This document shows positions 12,923 to 25,983 of a DNA stretch of 64,000 bases, in pieces. Location: positions 42,785,552 to 42,849,551 of the forward strand of contig NC_057728.1 of assembly GCF_004010195.1 (NCBI RefSeq). The letters run 5' to 3'. Both the position numbers and the translations under genes were made by a program. Under the pieces are notes generated by a model, which ran no database searches, was not told the origin of the DNA, and was given only the letters and a program-made list of their open reading frames with translations. Source of the DNA: Chiloscyllium plagiosum (Eukaryota). Every line of letters begins with the position of its first letter. Position 1 is the stretch's first letter.

Positions 12923-14034
12923 TAGAACATAGAACATAGAACATAGAAGAATACAGCGCAGTACAGGCCCTTGGGCCCTCGATGTTGCGCCGATCCAAGC
13001 CCACCTAAACTACACTAACCCACTATCCTCCATATACCTATCCAATGCCCTCTTAAATGCCCATAAAGAGGGAGAGTCCACCACTGTTACTGGCAGGGCA
13101 TTCCATGAACTAACGACTCGCTGAGTGAACAACCTACCCCTAACATCAGTCCTATATCTACCCCCCCTTAATTTAAAGCTATGACCCCTTGTAATACCCG
13201 ACTCCATACGCGGGAAAAGGTTCATACTGTCGACCCTATCTAACCCCCTAATCATCTTGTACACCTCAATCAAGTCACCCCTAAACCTTCTTTTCTCTAG
13301 TGAAAACAGCCCCAAGTGCCTCAGTCTTTCCTCATACGATTTTCCTTCCATACCAGGCAACATCCTGGTAAACCTCCTCTGCACCCGTTCCAATGCCTCC
13401 ACAGCCTTCCTATAGTATGGCGACCAAAACTGCACACAATATTCCAGATGCGGCCGTACCAGAGTCTTATACAACTGCATCATGACCTCAGGACTCCGGA
13501 ACTCAATTCCTCTACCAATAAAAGCCAGTACGCCATATGCCTTCCTCACCGCACTATCCGTCTTTCGTATCATCCGCAAACTTGCTCACCCAACTTTCTA
13601 ACCCCTCTTCCAGGTCATTTATAAAAATGACAAACAGCAATGGTCCCAAAACAGATCCTTGCGGAACACCGCTAGTGACGGCACTCCATGAAGAAACTTT
13701 GCCATCAACTACTACCCTCTGTCTTCTTCCATCCAGCCAATTCCTAATCCAAACCTCCAACTCACCCTCCATGCCATATCTCCGTATTTTCTGCAGTAGC
13801 CTACCATGGGGAACCTTATCAAATGCCTTACTAAAATCCATATATACCACATCTACCGCTTTCCCCTCATCAACCTCCTTCGTCACCTTTTCAAAGAATT
13901 CAATAAGGTTTGTGAGGCACGACTTGCCCTTCACAAAACCATGCTGACTATCCTTGATCACATTATTCCTATCCAGATGTGCATAAATCCTATCCCTTAC
14001 AATTCTCTCTAAGAGAATTGTAAGGGATAGGATT
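12923..14034 (-). mobile_element. Young CR1 LINE 3' fragment with an internal deletion and a 5' fold-back
   Basis: Open RT frames ([60 protein letters not shown]); (agaacat)n tail at 12923-12945. Confidence 0.93.
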
Positions 14035-14094
14035 GCAAGCAATCTCTCAGCAAGCTTTGACTTTATTAATTGCTTTTATATTTGATTGTAGCAA

Positions 14095-15350
14095 CTGTGC
14101 AAGGCCAACATTTATTGAACATTCCTAATTGAACTGGAGAAATCTGCTTTCTTGAATTTCTACAGTTCATGTGGTATAAGTACACTATACTATGGTTTTT
14201 GAAAGTGCATTCCAAGATATTGACCTGTCAGTAATGGAATGGCAATGCATTCCCAAGTCATGATGTTGCACTTGTGGTTTACAATGTGCTGTTCAAAGAG
14301 CCTTAGCAAGTTGCTGCGGTCCATCTTGTAGATGGTACACATGGCCACCACAATGTGTTGGTGCTGAAGGGAGTAATTGCTTAACATGGCAGATAGGCTG
14401 CTGACCGAGTAGATGTTTGGTTCTGAATTATGAAGAGTGTTTGAGTGGTATTCATCCAGGCAAGTGGGGAGAATTCTGTTACATTCCTGACTTGTGTCTA
14501 ATAGATGGCTTTGGACAGGATATGAGTACTCACTGAAACATTATGTAGATCATCTAACTCAGCTTTAGTCAATGGTAATTCCCAGGATGTTGATATTATA
14601 GACTTCAGTGATAATAATTCCATTGAACATTGTGCAGGATATAATGTTTCTCACTACTTATCACCCTAAGCTGAAATATTGATCAGGTCTTACTGCATGT
14701 GGGCACAAAAAGCTTCAATATCTGAGGAGTTGAAAAATATTCAAGCATCAGCAAACATCCCCATTTCTGACCTTATATTGGAAAGAAGGCATTAATGAAT
14801 CAGATAACGAGGGGTTGGACACTACCTTGAGGAACCCTGGGGCTCAGATAATTGGCCTTCAAGAAAGACAACTGTTTTCCTTTGTGCTAGGTCTGACTCA
14901 AACCAGTGTGTAGTTTTCCAAATGATTTCAATTTTGCCAGGATCCTTGATGCTACACACTGTGAAATGCTGTTTTAGTGTTGTGTGTATTCACTTATATC
15001 ACCTCTGGAATTCAGCTCGTTTGTCCGTGTTGAGATCAAGGCTGAAGTCAGATTTGGAGTTGAGAGCAGCCCTGACAGGACCTAAGCTGAGCACTGATGA
15101 ACAGATTGCTGAGTAAATCCTTTGTGATACTTGATACCTTCTTTCACTTTTTCGATTCCGAAGAGTTGACTGTTGGGCAGTAATTGGCCAGATTAGATTT
15201 ATTCTGTTCTTTGTGGACAAGATGAAGCTGAGTAATTTTCTACCTTATCAGGTAAATGCCTTGGTTAGGGCCACAACTAGTTCCAGAGCATAAATATTCA
15301 CCCATAGCCAGGATGTTTTCAGGCCCAATAGACTTCAATGTGTTGAGCTT
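14095..15350 (-). mobile_element. Decayed CR1/L2-group LINE fragment
   Basis: Same family as 24135-25025 (aacatttattg.., catccaggcaagtggggag, catcagcaaacatccccatttctgaccttat). Confidence 0.7.
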
Positions 15351-15399
15351 GAACAGTAGCTCGATATGGTGACTGATTTGATATTTCTTATGTCCATTT

Positions 15400-16090
15400 T
15401 CCTGTAACCCTACTACGACTCAATTATCTCAGCCTTAAATATACACAAGGGCTCTGCCCCCATAGCTGTGCTTGGCACAAAGTTCCAAAAACTCACATCC
15501 CTCCTTCTTACCTCAGGCTTAAATTGGCACCTTTATTATGAGTCTATGCCCTCAGGAGCTAGACCTTCCCATGAGCAGAAACATCCTCTCAGTATTTACC
15601 CTGTGAAGCCCCTGAAGAATCCAATATGTTTCAATCTTTCTTTCTCCTAAATTCTGGTGAGTAGGGTCCCAACCTGTTTAGCCATTGCTCAGAAGACAAT
15701 CCTTCCACACCAGGGATTATCCTAGTGAACCTTCTCTGAATTGCCCCCAATGATAAGATATAAATAAGGGAATCAGAACTGCTCACAGTCTTCCTGATGT
15801 GGTCTCACCAGAACCTTGTACTGTTGTAGTAAGACTTCCCTGCGCTTATACTCCAACTCTCTTGAAATAAAGAGTCCATTAGCATTCCTGATCCCCTTTC
15901 TGTGTTTCATGCACAAGTATCTCCAAGACTCTCTATGTTTTTTTCTCCATTTAAATAATGTTCTGTTCTTTTGCTCTCCCTTCCAAAATGAACAATTTCA
16001 TACTTTTCCACATTACACTCCATTTGGCAACGTTTTGACCATCTACCTAACCCATCAATATCTCTCTGCTAACTGTTTGTAGCCCCTTCG
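15400..16090 (-). mobile_element. Old CR1 LINE 3' fragment
   Basis: Degenerate match to the CR1 3' region (ctagtgaaccttctctgaa, aactgctcacagt, ttccacattacactccatttg). Confidence 0.6.
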
Positions 16091-16099
16091 TAACTTGAC

Positions 16100-17620
16100 T
16101 ATCTGCCTTTAACTTTGCTCGATATGCTCTGACATTGCCCTTTAATAATGCCAGCATGGTCCAGTAGGTTCTCCCCCCACTACACTGTGTAGGCCATGGT
16201 GGTCAACGCTAGCATCTGTTCCCTGCTTGTATCCTTCCATTACCTCCTTGTTGTCTACCCTCCTTATACCTTGACTTCCATCACCATCATTGTATCCACC
16301 TCAAAACATGCCTCTGCTCACCAACCCCTGCAGCCTTACTTGCCCCCTCCCCTTATCACTGAACCACACTTTTGCTCTCCATTCCCCTCTCAGCGGTTAA
16401 TGTATGGACCCCAAAGGTTGATTACTTTCCAGCCCAATGATCAATTTTGATGGGCAGCTCCAGGAAAGAACTAACTAGATTCTGGACCACTGTCCTTGCA
16501 GTTCCAATACAGCACTGATCGTGGTCCAAAAACATTCCCCCTCCCTCCCCCCCACCCCGCCACCGTCTATAGCTGGATGTATCCCCTGACAGTGAATGCC
16601 CCAGTCGGACTACTGGCTGTGGTCCAGCCCCTGGGCTGTGTCCAGACTCTGCCCATTATTGACAGTACCAGGACCCCAGGAGTGACAGTATCCCCTGTTG
16701 ACTTAACCAATGATGACCACACCTGTATTCTGAGACAGGACCATTTGATTGAAAAGTATGCAGTGTGTTTGCCATGCAGACAGCTGGTACTTGCTGTAGA
16801 TGAGAGATTGGCATCTCACTATGGCATACGACAAGATATCCACCCCCCAAACTGATTACTGTTTGCAAGCCTGGCAAGCAGCCTGGCTCTGTTCCTGTAT
16901 AGAGCAGCAATCAGTACAGCAGTGGTGTGAGCCACTGGACTCTGGCTGAAGCACTAAAAGGTATGGCACAGCAAGGCAAGGCAAAGCAGGAATGTTGTTA
17001 CCATTCAGCGAGGTGCAAAGTAAGTGAGCACTAAGAGAGCAAGCAAGCAGCTCTGAAATGCAGCTTGGCTCAATCTGTGAACTGAGTGCTTGTCCCAGTA
17101 CATGAAGAACCCTTGGCAGCACATTTCAATGCTAGTTGCCAGTCCACCCTGACGTGCAGCTTTAACGTGTAGGAGTATCCTGTAAGTGAATTGGACAGGT
17201 ACCATGGCGATGCTGAGAGGCTGGCAGTTGGAAGGTGCCAGCATCTGTGGACATATGGTGCATGTGCAGGCCTGAGACATGGCCGCTGGGTGTCCAAAAT
17301 GGTGACTTCCAAGAGCAAGCAGCAAACTGAAGTTGCCAGGTACTCGCTCTGACTTTCATGTTGGGGATGGATTGTCAACATGTAATTTCCTTACAGCGAG
17401 TGGCAGAACAAAAACCTGCATATTAATGAGGCTTGTTGTTAATAAGTCTGTTAACAAAGAATAATCTCCTGTAATAGTTAACTCACCACACTGAGTGAGA
17501 ATCGCTTCTTGATGGCAGAAATCTGTTTGAAAATGCACTGGATTGCTCCTAATGTCAATAAAGGTTTTGCTGTATGTCTCACCATAGCCCCACGTTGTTC
17601 AGGCATTAAGATTCTGCTGT
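16100..17620 (-). mobile_element. Possible Harbinger transposase remnant
   Basis: GC-richer block; minus strand has a weak LPLAVRK motif and other segments loosely resembling Harbinger DDE transposase; heavily decayed. Confidence 0.3.
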
Positions 17621-17697
17621 ATGCATGTAATGAACATTAGCACACAGAAAAGTTGAATGCTTATGCTTTTCATGATTGATTTGAACTTCTTTTTCAG

Positions 17698-17849
17698 TAC
17701 CATCAACTCCTCCACAAGACTTGATGATAGCCAACTATACAGCAGATTCTGTCTTGGTTAGGTGGAAACCTAGTCCTATGCCAAATGGTATTGTGCAGTT
17801 CTACAGTTTTAAGATAATTGACAACACAAGAGAAAGCACATATTTTATG
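17698..17849 (+). CDS. PTPRQ: PTPRQ exon 7 in window, FN3 N-half
   Basis: ttttcag / gtatgc; 152 nt, phase 1-0; VPSTPPQDLMIANYTADSVLVRWKPSPMPNGIVQFYSFKIIDNTRESTYFM. Confidence 0.92.
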
Positions 17850-18342
17850 GTATGCCCTTCAAGTCTTGTTTCACCAGTTTACCACATCATGTTAAGTATG
17901 GCTCATGATTAGTTGGATGATATTGTTTAAGATATATAAAATTAGCGTTTCTGTTTTGACATTTGTAAGCAACACTTCACTGTTGATGTTAAGTTGTCAA
18001 CTTGTTTTGCATCTGTTTTTGATTCTTGTGAATCACACTGACACATAATAGAAATTACATTGGCTTGTTGATTTGATGAAAACAGATCCCATGAAATGCT
18101 TACAGAAATATCTCCTGGGCTCACATTGAAATGCAGAAGAAATCAAGGTGTAGATAATTAGCAATGAATGCAAATAATTGATTTGATTTTCCTCTCAAAT
18201 GATTTACCGAGATGCTAAAAATATTACTTGTATCCACAACATAGCCACAGATTATTCAAACATACAGTATAAATCAAAATTCTGAAGTATGCATATAAAT
18301 CTAAACATCCTTAAAATCTCATGATTTCTTTTATATTTCAAG

Positions 18343-18484
18343 AATACGACAGCATTATATCATGAAGCATCCCTCACTGGCTTTGAAACATTGCACGAAT
18401 ATCAAATCAGTGTGTCGGCTTTTACCAAAGTGGGAAATGGAGATCAATTTAGTAACATAGTCATTTTCAAAATAAATGAATCAG
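18343..18484 (+). CDS. PTPRQ: PTPRQ exon 8 in window, FN3 C-half
   Basis: tttcaag / gtttgt; 142 nt, phase 0-1; NTTALYHEASLTGFETLHEYQISVSAFTKVGNGDQFSNIVIFKINES. Confidence 0.9.
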
Positions 18485-18984
18485 GTTTGTTGAGCTCTGC
18501 TGATATTTTTTGACAGCTATTTTAAGTTCAAGGATAATATTTCTTTATAATCAAGCTTTTCTGCTATTTCCAAACTCTGTAATTATTAGATATTGCTCCT
18601 AAGTTCTGAATCGTAAGCAACATAATAGCCATGACTTGCCCTTTAATTTGTATGATTTGTACACATTCCTCAGAACTGAATAATTGACATGCTATATTTC
18701 ATCAGGGAAACCGTTCAAATAAACTGTTCTCTAAGGAAATTTTTTTATCAGATTGGCGATTAACAAATTTCAGGTGCAGATCTCAAATAGCCTATATCAG
18801 AACTTTACACTAGGAGGAAAATACAGCTACTGTGTGAACATGAGGAAGTACTCAGCTTTCAATCACCTCTCTGCTGAAATTATAGGACAGCACTAATTAG
18901 AAGTGGCAGAGATAGAAAGAGAAATTCTAAACAGAGGGATAATTCTTATGTGCTAAATAAAAGGATGAAGAAACAAAGACATTC

Positions 18985-19600
18985 AGAGCAGTGGCGAATT
19001 TCACTGCCACTGGCATCATGGCTTCCAAGATGGTGGCGGTGGCGGCAGGGAGGGCAACATTTGACTCCTCAGCGTGGGCTTCGGCCACTCGTGGGCTTAC
19101 GCGGTAGGTCCAACCATGTCCCTGCTGCTCCGTCGTTGTCTTTCCAGCTCAGTCATGTTTTTGTTTTTTGGTTGCCTTGGGACCTCCTCTTGCAAGAGTA
19201 TGGGCCATCTTGGGTGGTGGCGGCGGCGTTGTCATCAGACAATGAGCTAGGACACCCTGTCAGTCGATAACCATGGTCGGAGGAGGTGTGTGAGCCATGC
19301 AGCGTGATCGTCTCCAGCTCACAGGGCAGACACCGAAGCGATGATGCCAATGGCAAGAGAGCACATTTCCAGGAGCCCCCGGGGATGATGTCAGAGCAGA
19401 GAGGGTGAAGGCTATGGAGAGGCAAAGATGAACTTTTGAACCTGTTTCAGTTTTAGAAAAATGAATTTATTCAGTATTTGACTATTTATACAATTTATTC
19501 AGTAATTTATTTTTTAATGCAAGATGGCGCTGGAACATGGTGACATGAGGTACTTTTCACGATACCTATGTACAAGTGACAATATTAAATAAATAAATTT
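18985..19600 (+). mobile_element. GC-rich non-coding element ending in a Rex1/Babar-type 3' tail
   Basis: Ends cttttcac..gtacaagtgacaatattaaataaataaa, like the 3' end of the Rex1 LINE at 50436 (cttttcactgtgcctcggtacacgtgacaataaa). Confidence 0.55.
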
Positions 19601-20061
19601 TAAAATGGTGCCAGGTCTAGCTCGAGAACTGTTTTACTCAATAATGCTACATTGGTCAGTGACCACTTGGCATGGTAATCAGAACAGTCCAAATGTATGC
19701 ATCCTAGATCTGTCATGATGGTTGAGCGTTTGCTGGAGCACCTGTCTTTCCTTGTTATCCAGTAAAGTACAGCTTCAGCACCTGTGATCACTTTTTTAAT
19801 TTCCGTATGTAGAGTTGAAGGTCCCAGTCATAAAAAAAAGCTATTCTTACAAAACCATAGCCCACAATTAAGTAAGGAGTTGCTTTTTGTAACACAGTGG
19901 TTCTTTTAATATTGGACTTCCTACTTCAACAACTTTGATAAGGACATGACCAATTCTGTTAGCAAACTTCTGACAGCATTACAGACAGCAAGAGTCCCAT
20001 GCCATAGGAATTAAATTTTTTTCAGAACCTAATTATCTCATATGGACTTCAATTTAAGTAT

Positions 20062-20235
20062 GTCCAAAAATGTGCAGGTTAGGTGAATTGGCCATGCTAA
20101 ATTGCCCGTAGTGTTAGGTAAAGGGGTAAATGTAGGGGAATGGGTCTGGGTGGGTTGCTCTTCGGAGGGTTGGTGTGGACTTGTTGGGTTGAAGGGCCTG
20201 TTTCCACACTGTATGTAATCTAATCTAATCTAATC
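20062..20235 (+). mobile_element. HE1-type SINE, 3' half
   Basis: gtgcaggttaggtgaattggccatgctaaattgccc..gaagggcctgtttccacactg followed by a (taatc)4 tail. Confidence 0.85.
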
Positions 20236-20409
20236 ATGTTTATAAACCTCACACTTTTCCACAGTGGAAAACACATTAACCTGATAGTCACCACTCCTAA
20301 TTTGATGATAAATTGGGGTGAGTTGCTTGTTTCCAAAGTTTAAGCTACTCACCCTGCCCTCTTCCTGCTCAATGGTGTGGAATGTGAGGTAGGGGCAGTA
20401 TTAAAGTTG

Positions 20410-21835
20410 AGCCTTCTTCTTTAACTGTTCCCATTTCTCTGTCAGTCATGTGACTATGATTACATGTGTAGGTCCTGGTTATACCTATCTGTTTTTGAGG
20501 TATATGGATCTTTCTTTGTTTCAGTCCTCTTGGGCCCCCTCCCACAACTCTCTTTCGAGTATAGTGATGGATGGAATCATTGGTGCTGCTTGCTGCTCTT
20601 TTTCGGAATTGGAAAAATCAATCAATTTGCTTCCAACTTCCATCCATTCTCAGCTTCACATAGCACATATCTGATTCTTCCCTTTACCTCCTTGACTTCA
20701 CCTTTGCCATTTTTGGGGAGAAGCTGTCCACCAATTTCCAGTGCAAACCCATCAACTCCACACTTACTTTGACTGCACCTGCACAGACTCTGCTTCCTGC
20801 AGGAAGTCTAATTCTTTCTCATAGTTTCTCTGCCCCTGTCACATCTGTTCTGATGATTCCATTCATATGAATGCTTATGAATTGACTTCCTTTTTCCTCA
20901 ACTGAAGACTCTCCCACCAACTGTGGTTGACAGTATCTTCAGCCGCATCAGAGCTGCCCTCACCCCTTTTCCTCTCATCCACAACAACTATCAGGCTATC
21001 CTTCTCCTCACTATTCATCCCACCAGTCTCTGGATTTGAAGAGTTGTAGTCTGCCATTTCCAGCATGACTTCCTACATAATACCAACACCAAAAACATCT
21101 TCCCCTCCTCTCCCTTCTCAACATTCTGCAGGGAACATTTCCTCTCCTCCTTCACACCTAACAGTTTCTCACTCCTCCATCGCGCTTTCTATTAATTCCA
21201 GATAGTTAACACTTGGCCTTTTATCTCTTCCTTTCTCACTGTAAAAAGCCTCAAATGTACCTTCTAGATGAAACAGACATTTAGTCGTATTTCTTTCAGC
21301 TCCGTCTGTAAGAATACCCCAATCTCCCAGTTGCTTGCAATCCTGCTCTTATGCTTACATTTCCATCCCAGGTCTGTTGAAATGTCCCAGTTAAGTCGAT
21401 GCAAACTAGAAGTACAGCACATTATTTTCTGCGTATGTCCGTTACAGCCTTCAGAACACAACACTGACTTCAACAACCTCACAGCATGAACACTATCTCC
21501 GTTTTGATTCTACTCCCACACCTACCTCTCCCCCCAGCCCTGTATCTTGTTTCTATGGGTTTGCTCTTAACAAAGACAATTTATTTTTGACTATTCACAT
21601 TCATCATTAACCCTACTTTGCTCATAGATTCCCTTTTACTACCATATAGCATTACAGTTGACTTTTGCTCCACTTGTATTTTTTCTTCCTTTGACAACAG
21701 GATAAAAGAAAATATTTTTCAACCCAATTCAGTTCCAAAAGAAGAATCATTGAACTCAAAAAGTTAACTCTGGTCCTCTCTGCACAGATGCTGCCAGAGC
21801 TGTTGCTTTTCTCCAGCACTTTCTGTCTTTATTCA
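20410..21835 (+). mobile_element. Decayed Penelope-like element (RT C-terminal part, GIY-YIG end, 3' terminal repeat)
   Basis: CVGPGYTYLF and MDGIIGAA (YIDDCIG-like) remnants; ORF end KLEVQHIIFCVCPLQPSEHNTDFNNLTA* resembles the Penelope KLEEQHLIFRLGTLQPxGLNxEF terminus; ends in the family B terminal repeat at 21730-21835. Confidence 0.75.
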
Positions 21836-22099
21836 AAATTGAGCCAATATATCCTTGTTATATCTGTTTGGCTGGTACTTCATAAGTCTATGACAGGCAG
21901 AGAGTTTCAATCTCAATGCTCAGAGAAAAGGAAAGGCTGCTCACTCACATTTACTGCAGTTAGAATTCCAACAATATGCTTCTTGAAAATAGACAAGATA
22001 TAGAAATCAACTTTAAGAAATGGAAAATAGTTGCTTCTGTTTGGTTTCTTAATACATTGCTGTCTTGTTATGTTCAATGATGTTTACTCTGCTGTATAG

Positions 22100-22369
22100 T
22101 TCCAGATACTATCCAAAATCTTCAATGCAATGCATCAAGTTGGCATTCGGTCATTATTAAGTGGGATCCTCCATTAAAATCGGATACAATGATCACTTAT
22201 TATGCACTTATATTTGAAAATGATGTTCAAAACGTTGCTGACAAAGATCGTGTACATACTTTTAGTGAGCTGCAATCAAATACTTCCTATCAGTTCAGTG
22301 TAATGGCTGTTAACTCAGTGGGCCAAGGAGAAAGCAAAAACTGTACTGTCACTACATTATCAGAAGCAG
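22100..22369 (+). CDS. PTPRQ: PTPRQ exon 9 in window, whole FN3 repeat
   Basis: ctgtatag / gtattt; 270 nt, phase 1-1; VPDTIQNLQCNASSWHSVIIKWDPPLKS...YQFSVMAVNSVGQGESKNCTVTTLSEA. Confidence 0.92.
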
Positions 22370-23130
22370 GTATTTATTTCAGCATATTTGGTCTACCATG
22401 AAAATGTCCAGAATATTGTAATTGATAGATATTTAGTTTGCAGCAAGATATGCTTTATTATAATTTTATTTTGTAGGAAATAGAATGATTTAAGGAAAAT
22501 AATTCAAAATGGTTGAACTTTGCAGAGTACGATTGCAATTCATTAGTAAACTTGTGAAATTGTAGAATGTAAAGAAATAATTTATTTTTGTATTATTGGG
22601 GTGATGCTAATGTATAAGAATATGTTCTGACTGTGAATGTAGTTAGCAATGGTTAGGCATTCCTTATTGTTGTTCCCAGGTAAAAGTAGGTGTGTGAGCT
22701 TTTTTTGAAGGTAGCAGCAGATGACTAAAGGACTGATGGTCATTAACATCATCCCATTTGTCATCACACAACTATATCTTCATAAGCAAAATATATTTTC
22801 AGTGACTCCTCATCTCAGTTTCTCAGATATGCAGTATCTGACTCCTGATTATTTGGCTGACTTGAAGAATGTCTTATGTGAGAATATCTAGATAAAGGCT
22901 TCATTTTCTTTTAATGCCTTCTCTAGGTAGAACTTCATCTGTTATATTGATGTTTTTGATTCCTCAAACAAGATGGCATAGAAAACAGTTGTAATCCCTC
23001 TGGTATTTATTTACATTGCAATTACTTCAGTGACATTATTGTAGTGCTAGGAAGGGCCACACATGATAAATAAATGATGATAGTTTGTATGATTCAATTT
23101 AAAGAATCCAAATATGTTTTTATAATTAGA

Positions 23131-23840
23131 GTCAGAGTTTCTACCACTTCTTCTGGCAGCTCATTCCATACATGTACCACCCTCTGTGTGAAAAAGTTGC
23201 CCCTTAGGTCTCTTTTCTATCTTTTCCCTCTCACCCCAAACCTATGCCCTCTAGTTCTGGACTCTCCCACCCCGGGAAAAGATTTTGTCTATTTATCCTA
23301 TCCATGCCCCTCATGATTTTGTAAACCTCTATCAGGTCACCCCTGAGCCTCCGATGCTCCAGGGAAAACAGCCCTAACCCTCTCCCTATAGCTCAAATCC
23401 TCCAACCCTTGAAAATCGTTTCTGAACCCTTTCAAGTTTCACAACATCTTTCCAATAGGAATGAGACCAGAATTCCAACAGTGGCCTAACCAATGTCCCG
23501 TAAAGCCACAATATGACCTCCCTTACTCCTGTACTCAATACTCTGACCAATAAAGGAAAGCATACCAAACACCTTCTTTTCTATCCTATCTACCTGCGAC
23601 TCTACTTTCAATGAGCTATGAACCAGCATTCCAAGGTCTCTTCTTTCAGCAACACTCCCGAAAACCCTGCCATTAAGTGAATAAGTCCTGCTAAGATTTG
23701 CTTTCCAAAAATGCAGCACCTCACATTTATCTGAATTAAACTCCATCTGCCACTTCTCAGCCCATTGGCCTATCTGATCAAGATCCTGTTGTAACCTGAG
23801 GTAACCTTCTTTGCTGTCCACTACACCTTCAATTTTGGAG
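23131..23840 (-). mobile_element. CR1 (HER1-like) LINE fragment
   Basis: LQQDLDQIGQWAEKWQMEFNSDKCEVLH, LVRPLLE, LERVQKRF on the minus strand. Confidence 0.9.
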
Positions 23841-24134
23841 CAATCTCTTTAAGAATAACCATTTGGGTCACTTAGTGCTTGTGAATTACAATTTATAGCT
23901 GATGTTTCACCCAAAATCATTAATAATTGAAACCTAGTAGTTTGATGGGAATTGAGCGTAGTTTACAGGACTCCATACTATCATGTCCATATAAGGTACA
24001 GTGTAGATAAGTTAAAATGTATTTTGTAAGATAATGCTCTTGAGGCCTTTGAAGTTGAAAATTGAATACAAAAGCTAACTTCCACAATCTACCAAGATTT
24101 TCAAATCAATATGTTAGCTTACTGATATTTTAAA

Positions 24135-25025
24135 AATTTATTCATTTCTTTGGGATGTGAGTATCGCTGGCTGGCCATCATTTATTGCCCATCCCTAGTT
24201 GCCCTTGAGAAGGTGGTGGTGAGCTACCTCTTGAACCACTGCAGTCCACCTGCTGTGGGTTGACTTACAGTGCCATTAGGGAGGGAATTCCAGGCTTTTG
24301 ACCCAGCGAGAGTGAAGGAACAATGATATTTTTCTAAGTCACGATGGTGAGTGGCTAGGAGGGGAAGTTGAAGGTGATGGTGTTCCCATATATCTGCTTC
24401 CCTTGTCCTTCTAATTGGAAGTGGTTGTGGGTTTGGAAGGTGCTGTGTAGATGATACACACTACTGCTACTGAACATCGGTGGTGGTGGAGGGAGTGGAT
24501 GCTTGTGGATGTGGTGCCAATCAAGTGGGTTGCTTTGCCCTGGATGATGTCAAGCTTCTTGAGTGTAGTTGGGGCTGCTCTCATCCAGGCAAGTGGGGAG
24601 TATTCCATCACACTCCTGACATATCCCTTGTAGTCACTGTAGTATTTCTAGCCTATGACCTACACTTGTAGCCACTGCATTTATGTGGTGAGTCCAGCTG
24701 AGTTTCTGATCCATGGTAACCCAGGATTTTGATAATGGAGGATTCAGTGATGGTACTACTGTTGAATGTCAGATTGTTTCTTGTTGATGATGGCCATAGC
24801 CTAGCATTTGTGTAGCACAAATGTTATCAGCCCAAGCCTGGATATTGTCCAAATGTTGTTGCATTTGGACACAAACTATTCCAGTGTCTGAGGAATTGGG
24901 AATGGTGCTGAATGTTGTGCAATCATCGGCAAACCTCCCCACTTCTGACCTTATGATGCAGGGAAGGTCATTGATGAAGCAGCTGAAGATGGCTGGGCCC
25001 AGGACACTACTCTGAGGAACTCCAT
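24135..25025 (-). mobile_element. CR1/L2-group LINE 3' fragment
   Basis: GVPQSSVLGPAIFSCFINDLP..FADDCT and MEYSPLAW on the minus strand; 3' end at about 24135. Confidence 0.85.
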
Positions 25026-25650
25026 GATGTGAGATTCTGAACATTTTTATACATTATTTTACATTTTACCTTAACTTGATATTAGGACAAAACAAGAAAT
25101 CTGCCATTTCTGTTTCTTTTTAAAATCAAAACAGATTTTCATACGATAATATCTGCTTTGAATACAACAATATGTATTCACCTCAACATTCATAAAGTCC
25201 TTCATATACATTGCTTTACTTTTGAATGGAATGATGGTTAAAGCAACAAATAACTTTCATAAAGCAATTGGATTAATGGGCACTTCATCTGTTTTTATGC
25301 TGTTGATTGAGCCAGGATTGTTGACAAAGATACATGAAGAATTCTCTGGTTTGCATTTAGTACCATGGTATCTCTAATGACCAATAGAATCACAGAACAA
25401 GCCTCAGTTTCACATTTAACATGATGACAGCTCCAGTAATGCAACATTTCTTCACTGTAGTGCCAACCTAATTTCACATGGTTTAAACCCAGCTCTGACT
25501 CAGTTTGTAAATACTATCAACTGAACTAAGTTGACACACGAAGAAGGATCTGACAATCTAGCATGTTTGCTGTTTACATTGAATGCTATTGATTTTTCTC
25601 AGGCTGGTTAATAAAAAGGAAGTAATGATTGATATGATTGTATTTTTCAG

Positions 25651-25983
25651 TTCCAAGTGCTCCTAAGCATCTAGAGATAATTGGCGTTCAATCAACCTAT
25701 GTTATTTTGAGGTGGACACACCCTGATATTATCCCTGGATATTTAAGGCTTTTCAGGATTATTATACAACTACGTTCTGTGTTGTGCATGAACTGGGATA
25801 CTCAAGGATGCATTGAAGCTGAGCAAACTCAAGATCATAACATCGATAATAATAATTACACCATGGAGGCAATTGTACACGGATTAAAGAAATTCCGATG
25901 GTACAGATTTAGGGTTGCTGCTAGTACTAATGCTGGATTTGGCAACTATTCAACTTGGATTGCTACAAAGACAGCTGTTGGCT
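25651..25983 (+). CDS. PTPRQ: PTPRQ exon 10 in window, whole FN3 repeat
   Basis: tttttcag / gtaagt; 333 nt, phase 1-1; VPSAPKHLEIIGVQSTYVILRW...GLKKFRWYRFRVAASTNAGFGNYSTWIATKTAVG; the GLKKFRWYRF-x-VAASTNAG segment is characteristic of PTPRQ as I recall it. Confidence 0.95.

Noticed and set aside
13010..14042. 189-aa and 162-aa ORFs as host genes
   Set aside because: They are CR1 reverse-transcriptase fragments in a truncated, internally deleted copy.
18985..19420. CpG-rich patch as an internal PTPRQ promoter
   Set aside because: It lies within a block ending in a LINE-type 3' tail and has a similar counterpart at 34700, so a mobile element explains it better; promoter activity cannot be judged from sequence.
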